A DNA stretch of 64,000 bases, taken from an uncultured bacterium. GTDB taxonomy: Bacteria > Patescibacteriota > Minisyncoccia > UBA6257 > 2-01-FULL-56-20. Where the stretch lies: positions 2,670 through 66,669 of the forward strand of contig CAWDZM010000004.1 of assembly GCA_963807165.1 (NCBI GenBank), in the 5' to 3' direction. Positions within the stretch are counted from its first letter, which is position 1, and each line of letters starts with the position of its first letter. Under the pieces are notes generated by a model. It was given only the letters and a program-made list of their open reading frames with translations. It searched no databases and had not been told where the DNA came from. The position numbers and the translations under genes were made by a program. This document shows, piece by piece, positions 9,629-28,611 of this stretch.

Positions 9629-11101
9629 ATGAAATCAATGGCAAAGCCGAAGACGGAGGTTCCCGAAGAGGTGGTGCTGGTATCAAAAACGCTTGCCGAG
9701 GCGGGGTTTGAGGCGTATCTGGTGGGTGGCTGCGTGCGGGATATGTTACTTGATCGCGAGCCGAAGGATTGGGATGTGGCGACGGATGCAAAACCGGCGG
9801 AGGTGCAAACGTTATTCACCGAAAGCGTGTACGAGAACGATTTTGGCACGGTGGGTATCAAGACCGAATCGGAGGATCCTCGCGCAAAGATCATCGAGGT
9901 GACAACCTACCGCATTGAAGGAAAGTACACTGATCAGCGGCATCCGGACGAGGTCAAGTTCGCTTCTAATATAGAGGACGATCTTTCGCGCCGCGATTTT
10001 ACCGTGAACGCGCTTGCGATGAATTTGAAGGGTGACGTAATCGATCCGTTCGGCGGAAAGAGCGATCTTGCCGCGCGCGTGATCCGCACCGTGGGCGAAC
10101 CGGAGGCGCGGTTCAGCGAGGATGCGTTGCGGCTGATGCGCGCGGTGCGCTTTTCGGTGGAGCTCGACTTTGAGATCGAGATGAACACGCGGCGCGCGAT
10201 CGTAAAACTGGCGGGCGGGTTGGAATTGATTGCAAAGGAGCGCGTGCGTGATGAGCTGACAAAGATTGTAATGACGCCGAACGCGGCAAAGGGGATTATC
10301 TTACTCGAAGAGCTTGATCTTCTTCGCTATGTTTTGCCGGAGCTTCGCGAAGGGATTGGCGTTGCGCAGAACAAACATCACATCTATACCGTTTTTGAAC
10401 ATAACGTCCGCGCGCTTGATTACACCGCTCATGAAAATTATTCGCTCGTGGTGCGCACGGCATCGCTCTTGCACGATGTCGGCAAGCCGAAGGTAAAAGG
10501 CGGCACCGGCATCGAGGCGACGTTCTATCAGCACGAATATGTCGGCGCGCGCATGGCGGTAAAGATGCTCGACCGCTTGCGGTTTTCGAAAGATTTCGTG
10601 GAACAGGTGGCGCACCTGGTGCGCATGCACATGTTCAATTACGACGACGGCGTGATCTCGCCTGCTGGCGTGCGCCGCTTGGTGGTGCGCGTCGGGCCGG
10701 AGAACATCGACGATTTATTAAAAGTCCGCGAGGCGGATCGCATCGGCTCCGGCGTCAAAAAAGCGGTACCGTACCGCCTGCGCCATTTGCTCTTTATGAT
10801 AGAGAAGGTCAAGCGCGATCCACTCTCGCCGAAGATGCTCGCACTCCGCGGTGATGCCCTGATGCCACTGCTCGGTCTGCCGCAATCCCGCCGCGTTGGC
10901 TGGATCCTGAACGCGTTAATGGAAGAAGTGATCGATGATCCAAAAAAGAATGATAAAAAATATTTAGAAAAGCGCGCAAAAGAATTGAACAAGATGAGCG
11001 ATGCGGAATTGCAGGAATTGTTCGCGAGCGCCCAGCAAAAAAAGCGCGAGGCAGAAGGGGAGATGGATGAGGATATAAAAAAGAAACATCACGTACAATA
11101 A
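9629..11101 (+). CDS. cca: CCA-adding tRNA nucleotidyltransferase with HD domain
   Basis: N-terminal polbeta-NTase motif (YLVGGCVRDMLL...DWDVAT), RRDFTVNALA, HD motif SLLHDVGKP; 490 aa. Confidence 0.85.
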   Translation: MKSMAKPKTEVPEEVVLVSKTLAEAGFEAYLVGGCVRDMLLDREPKDWDVATDAKPAEVQTLFTESVYENDFGTVGIKTESEDPRAKIIEVTTYRIEGKYTDQRHPDEVKFASNIEDDLSRRDFTVNALAMNLKGDVIDPFGGKSDLAARVIRTVGEPEARFSEDALRLMRAVRFSVELDFEIEMNTRRAIVKLAGGLELIAKERVRDELTKIVMTPNAAKGIILLEELDLLRYVLPELREGIGVAQNKHHIYTVFEHNVRALDYTAHENYSLVVRTASLLHDVGKPKVKGGTGIEATFYQHEYVGARMAVKMLDRLRFSKDFVEQVAHLVRMHMFNYDDGVISPAGVRRLVVRVGPENIDDLLKVREADRIGSGVKKAVPYRLRHLLFMIEKVKRDPLSPKMLALRGDALMPLLGLPQSRRVGWILNALMEEVIDDPKKNDKKYLEKRAKELNKMSDAELQELFASAQQKKREAEGEMDEDIKKKHHVQ

Positions 11102-11136
11102 CCGGCGCATAAAAATAAAGTTCACATACCAAAGCT

Positions 11137-11568
11137 ATGAACATAAAAATAAAACGATTTGATAAAGAACTTCCACTGCCGAAACGCCAGACCGAAAGTG
11201 CCGCAGCCTTCGACCTGACCGCACGCGAAGCCGTGACAATCGCACCGGGCGCCGTCGGGTACGTTCCGCTCAACATCGCCGTTGAAACGCCGGATGATCA
11301 TTTCCTTCTCATCGCCGCGCGGAGCAGCACTCATAAAAAAGGACTCATCATGGCGAATGGTATTGGTATCATCGATCCGGATTTTTCCGGCGATGGCGAC
11401 GAGATCAAGGCCGCATATTTTAATTTCACCGCCGCGCCGGTAATAATAGAGAAGGGCGATCGCATCGCACAGGGGACATTCGTAAAAATCTCACACCCCG
11501 AATGGATTGAGGCGGACGAGATGCCGAACAAAACGCGTGGGGGATTTGGAACTACAGGCGCGAAGTAG
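11137..11568 (+). CDS. dut: dUTP diphosphatase
   Basis: dUTPase motifs AARSSTHKKGL, GIIDPDFSGD, C-terminal RGGFGTTG. Confidence 0.85.
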   Translation: MNIKIKRFDKELPLPKRQTESAAAFDLTAREAVTIAPGAVGYVPLNIAVETPDDHFLLIAARSSTHKKGLIMANGIGIIDPDFSGDGDEIKAAYFNFTAAPVIIEKGDRIAQGTFVKISHPEWIEADEMPNKTRGGFGTTGAK

Positions 11569-11612
11569 GTTGAATTATTTTCCCAAACGCGGTTAAATAC
11601 GTTGGTATTCTA

Positions 11613-11683
11613 CGGGCTGTAGTATACCGGTAGTACGTGCGATTCGGGTTCGTAAAGACCGGGTTCGATTCCCGGCAGCCCGA
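11613..11683 (+). tRNA. tRNA-Pro (anticodon CGG)
   Basis: Acceptor CGGGCTG/CAGCCCG, D-arm GTAT-ACCGGTA-GTAC, anticodon stem TGCGA/TCGTA with loop TTCGGGT (CGG, G37), T-arm CCGGG-TTCGATT-CCCGG. Confidence 0.8.
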
Positions 11684-11695
11684 CAAGAAAAACAA

Positions 11696-11770
11696 AACAC
11701 CCCCTCCTTTTCTGACCTAGTGATAAGAATCAACGGTCAGAAAAGGAGGGGGTGTTTTGTTTTTCTTAGG
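11696..11770. terminator. 31-bp perfect inverted repeat (hairpin) immediately after tRNA-Pro; likely bidirectional terminator or RNase III site
   Basis: gaaaaacaaaacaccccctccttttctgacc / ggtcagaaaaggagggggtgttttgtttttc separated by a 17-nt loop. Confidence 0.6.
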
Positions 11771-11831
11771 TGATAATTAAGGTGATTTTCCCAATATCCA
11801 CAGCTTGTCAGACCTCACGGCATAAGACCTC

Positions 11832-11859
11832 TTGACACCCTCCAAAAGCTGAGTATACT
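11832..11859 (+). promoter_or_regulatory. Near-consensus sigma70-type promoter (TTGACA-N16-TATACT), candidate P for the 23S-5S operon
   Basis: TTGACA at 11832-11837, TATACT at 11854-11859, about 480 nt upstream of the 23S 5' end. Confidence 0.6.
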
Positions 11860-12211
11860 TACTCTCAAGATACGAATGGTAAAGAACACTAATCTTTCAC
11901 AGCAAGACGGCTGACCGCGCGTATTTCACGCGATGGAGCGGCCGCTGAGCGGCTGATTTTTTTTCTTGGCATGGGTATCCTACGGTGCCTCGCGGTATCG
12001 TGCAGCGTTATTTAAAATCATCTGCCGTTTTGGTAGAACTCCGAATTGTAGAGTCGGAGGACATAATATGGAGACTCTGTGTCACTATTAGGTCTGGTCG
12101 CTAACATCCGCATCGCGGGTGGGCCGGATCGCTGCATACGCATATGTAGTCAATTTCTCGTGACAAGTCAGAGTCAAATCATCAGTAAGAATTTTTTCTT
12201 ACTGATGGCAA

Positions 12212-12318
12212 GTGTTGTACACCCCTTTGAAGGGTGTCGCGGAGCCGCGAAGGCGGCGAGCGCCAAGGCGGCCGGTCAGCAGACCGGAACGCCGTCCCTG
12301 CAAAGGGGTGTACAACAC
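12212..12318 (+). ncRNA. Structured repeat element copy A (conserved core plus variable 18-bp closing stem), immediately upstream of the 23S processing stem
   Basis: Outer stem gtgttgtacacccctttg / caaaggggtgtacaacac encloses the core GGUGUCGCGGAGCCGCGAAGGCGGCGAGCGCCAAGGCGGCCGGUCAGCAGACCGGAACGCCGUCC, which is shared with copies B, C and D. Confidence 0.55.
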
Positions 12319-12338
12319 GAGCAAGTCAGCATTGGGAT

Positions 12339-15322
<2,984 letters not shown>

Positions 15323-15498
15323 CAATGCTGACTTGCATTCGATCCATGACAGTACTTTGTAGGGACGCGTTGCGACCTGCTGGTCGCGCGCTTACGCTCG
15401 GCACCTTCGTGCCTCCGCGATACCCTCCAAAGCACTGCCATGGATCTCATTTCCAATCTACAATTGGAAACCAATCAAAAAGACGGCGGGGTGCTGCT

Positions 15499-15638
15499 CA
15501 TATTTTTGTGTTTCTCAGGGTGTCTCGGAAGCGCGAAGGCGCTGCTCCGCCGAAGAGGCGGAAACGAAGACTTGCGCGTGAGCGCGAGGCGGCCAGTCAG
15601 CAGACTGGAACGCCGTCCCTGAGAAACATAAAAATATG
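15499..15638 (+). ncRNA. Structured repeat element copy B (conserved core with two extra internal hairpins; 22-bp closing stem) between 23S and 5S
   Basis: Outer stem catatttttgtgtttctcaggg / ccctgagaaacataaaaatatg; core contains GCGC-GAAG-GCGC hairpin and CCAGUCAGCAGACUGG hairpin (compensatory changes relative to A). Confidence 0.55.
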
Positions 15639-15657
15639 AGCGGTATCACGAACGGCT

Positions 15658-15786
15658 TTTTGATGTCGGTGCTTCATTCGGGCGTGCCCCACCTCTTCCC
15701 ATTCCGAACAGAGAAGTGAAAGCGTCCCAATCCCATGATACTTGCGGGTTCGCCTGCGGGGAAAGTAGGATGTGCCGACATCAAAG
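15658..15786 (+). rRNA. rrf: 5S ribosomal RNA (ends approximate)
   Basis: Conserved 5S segments CCCATTCCGAACAGAGAAGTGAAAGCG and GGGAAAGTAGGATGTGCCGACATC; helix I formed by 15658-15669 with 15775-15785. Confidence 0.75.
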
Positions 15787-15805
15787 TGCCGTTAGAAGAA
15801 AAAAA

Positions 15806-15838
15806 GAGGGGCGGAACGCAATGCGTTCCGCCCCTTGT
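15806..15838 (+). terminator. Hairpin terminator after 5S (12-bp perfect stem)
   Basis: ggggcggaacgc-aat-gcgttccgcccc followed by TTGTTCG. Confidence 0.55.
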
Positions 15839-15847
15839 TCGATTCGG

Positions 15848-16243
15848 TCAATCCATCCACGTCGCATAGGCAGCGATGAGGGGATTCCCTTCTTCGTCGA
15901 CGTCGTCGACTGATCTACTGATCGTCCAGCCCTTAATCGAGGAGGAACTTGGTCTCTGTGGATATCTCGCCGGGCCTTCCTCCTGGCGTGCGTCGGAAAG
16001 TTTCAGGAGCGATTCTGCGAGTTCATCTGGGCTGAGTGGGCGGTAGAATACGGCGCACTCTTCGAATGGTTTTTCTCCCACCACTCGGATAGAGTAGTCC
16101 ATCCCGGAGATTGGTCTCGTATAGTTGAAATACCGCCTCCGATCATTCCCGAGGGTAAAGGCGAGACATTCCTTCAGTGTCGAAATGTCAGCACCTCGAC
16201 CGATAATATTGGCGGGATCCAAAAGATTTTTTAATTCCAACAT
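15848..16243 (-). CDS. Hypothetical protein
   Basis: 131-aa ORF convergent with the rRNA operon; TGA stop. Confidence 0.35.
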   Translation of the reverse strand: MLELKNLLDPANIIGRGADISTLKECLAFTLGNDRRRYFNYTRPISGMDYSIRVVGEKPFEECAVFYRPLSPDELAESLLKLSDARQEEGPARYPQRPSSSSIKGWTISRSVDDVDEEGNPLIAAYATWMD

Positions 16244-16292
16244 GGGACACCTCTGCGAGAGAATATATATCTTATCAGTATTAACGTCAATC

Positions 16293-16321
16293 CTGACAAC
16301 CCGCGTCGCATCATCTATAAT
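16293..16321 (+). promoter_or_regulatory. Sigma70-type promoter CTGACA-N17-TATAAT for downstream ORF 16328
   Basis: ctgaca 16293-16298, 17-nt spacer, tataat 16316-16321. Confidence 0.5.
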
Positions 16322-16327
16322 GAATCA

Positions 16328-17068
16328 ATGTCCACCCGCCGCGCGAAGCAGCTTATCTATGGCACGCTGTATATTATGATTGTGCTGGCGCTCTGCGGCT
16401 GCATGTACTTTTTATTTATTCGCCCGTTTATTATTTCTTCTACCCCAGTGACATGCACACCGAGCACATGCGCGCCGACGAGCACTGCACCGCTCGCGCC
16501 GGGAACGGTAATGACGTTCGTCACGAGTCCGGGCCATTACACGTTCCTCGCTCAAGTGACAAATCAGAGCGCTGACTATGGCGCGCCGGTGTTGGATTAT
16601 GAGATCGATCTTGATGACGCCTCTGGTGCAGTATTACAATCCATTCCGGCGCAATCATTTATCTATCCGTCGCAAAGTAAATATGTCGCGGTGTTGAATC
16701 AATCGGTGACACAGCCGTTCGATCACGCGTCGCTTGTGGTGGATAGCGCGCAGTGGCTCGCGAGTTCCACGATCGGCACGATCCCTGCGATCGCGCCGGG
16801 CGAGTTCGCGCTCCAGAATATCCAGACGAGCGCGGCTTCCACGACGGTTTCGGTCGGTGGTCAGCTCGTCAACTCGAGCGTCGCCACGTACGCGCAGGTA
16901 TTCGTTACAGTCATTTTCAATGATCCGAATGGAAACCCGATCGGTGTTTCACAAACGGAACTGGATAATGTTACCGCTGGCACGACGGAAAACTTTTCGG
17001 TGATCTATCCTGTCGAGCCGAATATCAACCCGGCACTGAATCAAATTTTGGTGTACGCACTTCGCTAG
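16328..17068 (+). CDS. Hypothetical membrane-anchored exported protein
   Basis: N-terminal TM helix (LIYGTLYIMIVLALCGCMYFLFI) followed by Thr/Ser/Val-rich beta-type domain; 3 nt before the SEDS gene. Confidence 0.4.
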   Translation: MSTRRAKQLIYGTLYIMIVLALCGCMYFLFIRPFIISSTPVTCTPSTCAPTSTAPLAPGTVMTFVTSPGHYTFLAQVTNQSADYGAPVLDYEIDLDDASGAVLQSIPAQSFIYPSQSKYVAVLNQSVTQPFDHASLVVDSAQWLASSTIGTIPAIAPGEFALQNIQTSAASTTVSVGGQLVNSSVATYAQVFVTVIFNDPNGNPIGVSQTELDNVTAGTTENFSVIYPVEPNINPALNQILVYALR

Positions 17069-17070
17069 GT

Positions 17071-18117
17071 ATGTTCGCTCTCTTTATTCCCGTCGGTATT
17101 CTTCTTGTGGCCAGCCTCGTCATTCTTTCTGCGATATCCTTCCACTTTTTTGTATTTCAGATCATCTGGATTGTACTCGGCATCGGGCTCGTCATCGCAT
17201 CATCGTTCGTGGACATCCGCGCGATCTTCAATGCGCAGTGGGTCGTGTGGGGAGTGTACGCACTCGCATTCGCGCTGATGGTGTTGGCATTGATCGCATC
17301 ACCGCTTGTGCGTAATACGCATAGCTGGCTGGTGCTCGGTCCGTTCAGCCTACAGCCGGTGGAACTTATGAAGGTCGCCCTCATCCTGCTCTACGCAAAT
17401 TATTTCAGCCGGCGACACATGGCGATCGCGCGCTGGAAAAATATTTTTACTTCGTTCATATTTTTCGTTATCCCTGCAGCGATCTCGGTGAAACTGCCCG
17501 ACCTCGGTTCAGCGGTGATCTTCTTTGGCATCTGGTTCGGATTTTTATTATTGCTCGGATTGCCGTGGCGCAGAGTGGTACTCGCGATCGCGGTGATCGC
17601 GCTTACCGGCGGGCTGATCTGGACGTATGTATTAAAACCATACCATCGCGCGCGCATCGTCGGATTTTTGTATCCCAACCAAAATGTGCTTGGCATCAAT
17701 TACAGTGCGGCACAGTCGAAGATCGCAATCGGCTCTGCAGGATTCTGGGGACAGGGCTACGGGCAGGGAACGCAGGCGCAGCTTGGATTTCTCTCCGAGC
17801 CGTCGGAAGATTTTGTCTTCGCCGCATTCATTGAAGAGTGGGGAATATTCGGCGGCATCATTATCATTGTTGCATTTCTATTACTCATCTTTCAGATATT
17901 GCGGATCGGCGCGCTCGCCGATGAAAACTTCGAGAAATTTATTTGTATCGGTGCGGCAATGATGTTCGGCGTGCAATTCCTTTTGAACACCGGCTCCGTC
18001 ACCGGACTCCTGCCCGTCATCGGCGTGACATTCCCATTTTTGAGCTATGGCGGATCGAGCATGCTCGCGAATTTCTTTATGCTGTCGATGGTCAACTCGA
18101 TTCGCAAGCGTTCATAA
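17071..18117 (+). CDS. SEDS family peptidoglycan glycosyltransferase (FtsW/RodA)
   Basis: AQSKIAIGSAGFWGQGYGQGTQ and EDFVFAAFIEEWG match conserved FtsW/RodA/SpoVE blocks; 10 TM helices. Confidence 0.8.
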   Translation: MFALFIPVGILLVASLVILSAISFHFFVFQIIWIVLGIGLVIASSFVDIRAIFNAQWVVWGVYALAFALMVLALIASPLVRNTHSWLVLGPFSLQPVELMKVALILLYANYFSRRHMAIARWKNIFTSFIFFVIPAAISVKLPDLGSAVIFFGIWFGFLLLLGLPWRRVVLAIAVIALTGGLIWTYVLKPYHRARIVGFLYPNQNVLGINYSAAQSKIAIGSAGFWGQGYGQGTQAQLGFLSEPSEDFVFAAFIEEWGIFGGIIIIVAFLLLIFQILRIGALADENFEKFICIGAAMMFGVQFLLNTGSVTGLLPVIGVTFPFLSYGGSSMLANFFMLSMVNSIRKRS

Positions 18118-18119
18118 AA

Positions 18120-19115
18120 ATGGGAATTCTTAATAAGAAAAATATTACTTTGGGTATCGTTGCGGTGGCAATCATTGTTGTGGCGGGATTATTTTTTTTC
18201 AGCCTTGCACCGGTGAATGCCAATAGCGCTGCGCAAACGGTCTTCACGGTCAATGTCGGCGATGGCTTTCGGGAGGTCTCACAGCATTTATACGCCGCGC
18301 ATCTTATCCGTAGCCCGCTCGGGTTCGAACTTTTCTCGCTGATAGACGGCCGCGCACTCGAGTTCAAGCCGGGGTTATATAAGTTGAGCCCATCGATGGA
18401 TGCGGAACAGATCGTTGCCGCGCTCTCCGGCGGAGGAGCGGGAACGGTGATGGTCACAATTCCAGAAGGATCGAATATTTTTGATATCGATAGGATCGTG
18501 AGCGCAGCGCTCGTGATCCGTCCCGGCGCACTCATCAACTCTACTAACACGCAAAATCTGGAGGGGCGGCTCTTCCCGGACACCTACCAATTTTATACGA
18601 ATGATAGCGTGGGGGGTGTGACGCAGGAAATGGAAGCTGATTTTGATGCCAAGGCCTTGCCCCTGCTTGCTGGCACTTCGACCGCTACCATGACGGCGCA
18701 GGAAAAGCAGACCCTTATCATCGCATCGATCATACAGGTTGAGGTGCCCAGTCAGAACGACGAGGAGCTGGTGGCGGGGATCATCCAAAAACGCCTCGCC
18801 GACGGGATACCGCTTGATATCGACGCGACGGTCTGCTATGCCAAGCTCCTGGCGAACCCCACTTCCACGCCCGGCGCCTGCTCTCTTACCGCGCTTGACT
18901 TTAGAATCGATTCGCCATACAATACCTACTTGTATAAGGGTTTGCCTCCCGCTCCGATTGGCAACCCAGGCACTTCCGCCATTACCGCCGCGCTTCACCC
19001 CCAAAGTTCCCCCTACTTTTACTATTTAAGCGACCCCGCGACGGGGAAAACAATATTCGCCAAGACCCTTGACGAACAGAACCAAAATAGAGTTAAATAC
19101 TTAGAAAGCAATTAA
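18120..19115 (+). CDS. mltG: Endolytic murein transglycosylase MltG (YceG-like)
   Basis: N-terminal TM, then YceG-like domain; SPYNTYLYKGLPPAPIGNPGTSAITAALHP...YFYYL matches the MltG C-terminal signature. Confidence 0.75.
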   Translation: MGILNKKNITLGIVAVAIIVVAGLFFFSLAPVNANSAAQTVFTVNVGDGFREVSQHLYAAHLIRSPLGFELFSLIDGRALEFKPGLYKLSPSMDAEQIVAALSGGGAGTVMVTIPEGSNIFDIDRIVSAALVIRPGALINSTNTQNLEGRLFPDTYQFYTNDSVGGVTQEMEADFDAKALPLLAGTSTATMTAQEKQTLIIASIIQVEVPSQNDEELVAGIIQKRLADGIPLDIDATVCYAKLLANPTSTPGACSLTALDFRIDSPYNTYLYKGLPPAPIGNPGTSAITAALHPQSSPYFYYLSDPATGKTIFAKTLDEQNQNRVKYLESN

Positions 19116-19341
19116 GAAACGGTATCCCTCGAAAAAAGGAAGGGCGGAGCCGTTTTTTGCGCGTTAGGGTTCTGGGGGGGGTAGGAAGGAGGGTAGAGGA
19201 TAAAGGCCGAAACAAAAAAAATGATGACCACATTTTATTTCATCGACGTATATAAAGATCCGCCGCGAAGGTAACCCTTCGCGCGTTCGCGTTTTGATGA
19301 TTGAGATCGGTGATCATAAAAATTTTTTAAAAAAATAAATC

Positions 19342-26079
<6,738 letters not shown>

Positions 26080-26136
26080 CTGACGTAGCGCGGGTCGACT
26101 GGACTTTTCCGGTCGGCTCGGCTACAATACAACCCA

Positions 26137-26598
26137 ATGACCAACGAAGAAAAGGATAAAAAGGAATACGAACTCGCGCTTCTTTTAAAGAGCGAAGAGA
26201 ATCTTGCTGGCGTGCTGGCGCTCGTTGGAGCCCACAACGCCGAAGGCATGACCGAGCCGCGCGCCAAGCGCCTTCAGCTCGCGTATGAGATAAAGAAGCA
26301 TACCGAAGCGGTATTCGTTTACTTCACCTTCAAGATGTTCGGCGATGATATGAAGAATCTTGAGACCGAGTTGAATGTCCACGCAGATGTGCTTCGCTTT
26401 ATGGTGATCGCATCGCCGGCTCCGGCCGAGCGCACCGCGAACTCCGCCATGCCGGTTCGCGAAGAGCGCCACACTCGCTCCGCGCCGCGCTCTACCGCTC
26501 CAGCCACCGCCGCGCCATCCGAGGCGCCGCGCCCTGCTCCTTCCAAGCCACTGAGCAATGAGGCTCTGGAGAAGAAGATCGAAGAGATTCTGCAATAA
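26137..26598 (+). CDS. rpsF: 30S ribosomal protein S6 with Ala/Pro-rich C-terminal extension
   Basis: YELALLL...RLQLAYEIKKH...VLRFMVI matches S6 conserved blocks; followed by hairpin terminator. Confidence 0.8.
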   Translation: MTNEEKDKKEYELALLLKSEENLAGVLALVGAHNAEGMTEPRAKRLQLAYEIKKHTEAVFVYFTFKMFGDDMKNLETELNVHADVLRFMVIASPAPAERTANSAMPVREERHTRSAPRSTAPATAAPSEAPRPAPSKPLSNEALEKKIEEILQ

Positions 26599-26603
26599 GG
26601 AAA

Positions 26604-26638
26604 ATAAAAAGACCCACTCGTGGGTCTTTTTATTTTAT
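26604..26638 (+). terminator. Intrinsic terminator after rpsF
   Basis: aaaaagacccactcgtgggtctttttatttt. Confidence 0.7.
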
Positions 26639-26737
26639 TTCGCGGTGAAAGGCACCGCGCCGTTTCGACAACTGTATAATCCATAATACGCATGTTTTTA
26701 TGGATGTCAATTCGGATCAAAAAGGAGAGAAGGCATA

Positions 26738-26839
26738 GGGGGTATATTGTTTAAAAGGTGTCTCGGAAGCGCGGAGGCGCTGAGAGCCAAGGCGGCCGGT
26801 CAGCAGACCGGAACGCCGTCCTTTTAAACAATATACCCC
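26738..26839 (+). ncRNA. Structured repeat element copy C (conserved core, 20-bp closing stem) between rpsF and ssb
   Basis: Outer stem ggggtatattgtttaaaagg / ccttttaaacaatatacccc; core hairpins GCGC-GGAG-GCGC and CCGGUCAGCAGACCGG. Confidence 0.55.
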
Positions 26840-26932
26840 TTTGCCTGATTTACTTTAGAGAGTTTTAATGTACGATGTGCTAGAATGGGGCTATAAAAGG
26901 TTCGAAAACTATATTAACCAAATAATCAAAAT

Positions 26933-27433
26933 ATGGATTTAAACAAAGTCATTTTGGTGGGGCGGGTCACGGCGGATCCGCAGGTGCGCTCCACGCCGGG
27001 CGGGCAGTCGGTCACGACAATCGGCGTGGCAACCAATCGTACGTGGACGGATAAGGCCGGACAAAAGCAGGAGCAGACGGAATTTCATAACGTCGTCCTG
27101 TGGGGTCGCACTGCGGAGATCGCAGGGCAATATCTGACAAAGGGTGCGATGGTGCTCATCGAGGGTCGTTTGCAGACGCGTAGCTGGACGGACAAGCAGG
27201 GTCAGCAGCGCAAAACGACGGAAGTGATGGCAGAGCGCATGCAGCTCGGGCCTCGCGCCGCAGGCGGCGGAGGTGGTGGGCAGGGCGGCGGCAGGAGCTT
27301 CGGCTCGGGCGCACCAGCATCAGGAGGAGCATCCGAACAGGGTGGCGACAAAGATGCTGCGCCTTCACTCGATGAGATCCCAGTGATCAACCTCGAAGAA
27401 GACGAGATCAAACCGGAGGATATTCCGTTTTAA
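26933..27433 (+). CDS. ssb: Single-stranded DNA-binding protein
   Basis: OB-fold SSB N-terminus (VILVGRVTADPQVR...), Gly-rich linker, acidic C-terminal tail ending DIPF. Confidence 0.9.
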   Translation: MDLNKVILVGRVTADPQVRSTPGGQSVTTIGVATNRTWTDKAGQKQEQTEFHNVVLWGRTAEIAGQYLTKGAMVLIEGRLQTRSWTDKQGQQRKTTEVMAERMQLGPRAAGGGGGGQGGGRSFGSGAPASGGASEQGGDKDAAPSLDEIPVINLEEDEIKPEDIPF

Positions 27434-27477
27434 TCCAGGGCTTGATTAAATAGTTATTCTGGGCTACTATATTCCCT

Positions 27478-27903
27478 ATGGCAAAGAAAGTAAAAACAGT
27501 CTTAAAACTTCAACTTCCCGCGCTCGGGGCGACTCCCGCGCCGCCGGTAGGTACCGCGCTCGGACCTCAGGGCATCAACATCCAGGAGTTCTGCAAGCAG
27601 TTCAATGATGCCACGAAAGAAATGAAGGGCGATGTCGTTCCTGCGGAGATCACGATCTACGAGGATCGCACATTTACCTTCGTTCTTAAGACCCCTCCGG
27701 CATCGGCATTACTTAAGCAGGCAGCTGGCATCGAGAAGGGCGCCGCAAATCCGCTCACGGGCAAAGTTGGCAAGGTAACGAAGGCGCAGGTTCGCGCGAT
27801 CGCAGAGCGCAAGCTTCCTGACTTAAACACCGACAACCTTGAAGCCGCAGAGCGTATCATCATGGGCACTGCGAAGAACATGGGAATCACCGTAGAGGGC
27901 TAA
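27478..27903 (+). CDS. rplK: 50S ribosomal protein L11
   Basis: [34 protein letters not shown] is the L11 N-terminal signature; TTGATT-N17-TACTAT promoter upstream. Confidence 0.9.
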   Translation: MAKKVKTVLKLQLPALGATPAPPVGTALGPQGINIQEFCKQFNDATKEMKGDVVPAEITIYEDRTFTFVLKTPPASALLKQAAGIEKGAANPLTGKVGKVTKAQVRAIAERKLPDLNTDNLEAAERIIMGTAKNMGITVEG

Positions 27904-27914
27904 GGAGAATAAAA

Positions 27915-27972
27915 AATACCCTGGGTTCTGCTCCGACGTAAGAACGTCCACTCGCAGAACCCAGGGTATTTT
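27915..27972. terminator. Bidirectional hairpin terminator between rplK (+) and the kinase gene (-)
   Basis: aataccctgggttctgc...gcagaacccagggtatt flanked by A-run and T-run. Confidence 0.65.
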
Positions 27973-28527
27973 TTATTTCTGCGACTGTTTTTCGTGGATT
28001 GCGGCAAGTACTTTTTCAAAAACCTCTTGCTCTGTGAGTAAGCTCGTATCGAGTACAAAATCATATTGGGCAGGGTCAAGATGGTTCTCAATGCCATAGA
28101 GCATCTTGTAGCGCTCACGTTCCATTTTTTCGCGTTCGCTGCTTGCGACCGTCACTTCGCCCGGAGTCTTATTGGTATTTTCTTTTTTCTCTCCCACGCG
28201 CTCTGCTCCAACGATGGGGCTTACCGTGAGTAAAATATTGAATACCTTGAACGGGCTGCTCTTTGCAAAGTACCAGGCGACGCGACCCTGCACGATGAGA
28301 TCATCCTTTTCGCGCATCATGGTTGCCTGGCGTTGATCTACTGCCTGCTCGACCGCCGGGTCTTCCTTTAGCTGAGCATAGAATTGCTCGATACTAAGAT
28401 TTTTTTCGGCTGCCATTTCGCGGAAAATTCCGCCAACATAGAGCTGTGCGTAGTGCAATTCGTTTGCAAGGTTATTTGCAAGAGTTGTTTTTCCTGCTCC
28501 GACGTTTCCTCCGATGGTAATAATCAT
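27973..28527 (-). CDS. P-loop nucleoside monophosphate kinase, cytidylate kinase-like (archaeal-type short form)
   Basis: Walker A IITIGGNVGAGKTTLANNLA at N-terminus, about 185 aa; start chosen at MIITIGG (ORF extends to 28584). Confidence 0.5.
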   Translation of the reverse strand: MIITIGGNVGAGKTTLANNLANELHYAQLYVGGIFREMAAEKNLSIEQFYAQLKEDPAVEQAVDQRQATMMREKDDLIVQGRVAWYFAKSSPFKVFNILLTVSPIVGAERVGEKKENTNKTPGEVTVASSEREKMERERYKMLYGIENHLDPAQYDFVLDTSLLTEQEVFEKVLAAIHEKQSQK

Positions 28528-28611
28528 TGTTGGTAGTATATCAAAATTAGATGATGATGGCGAAGCAACAGTTGAAGAATACAAGGTTTTCCATTATTAT
28601 AAGACACATCT

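Noticed and set aside
11930-11962. Short GC hairpin plus T8 run (gccgc-tga-gcggc-tgatttttttt) in the rRNA leader considered as an attenuator/terminator
   Set aside because: The stem is only 5 bp with a 3-nt loop, which is too weak to call; it may simply be a leader structural element.
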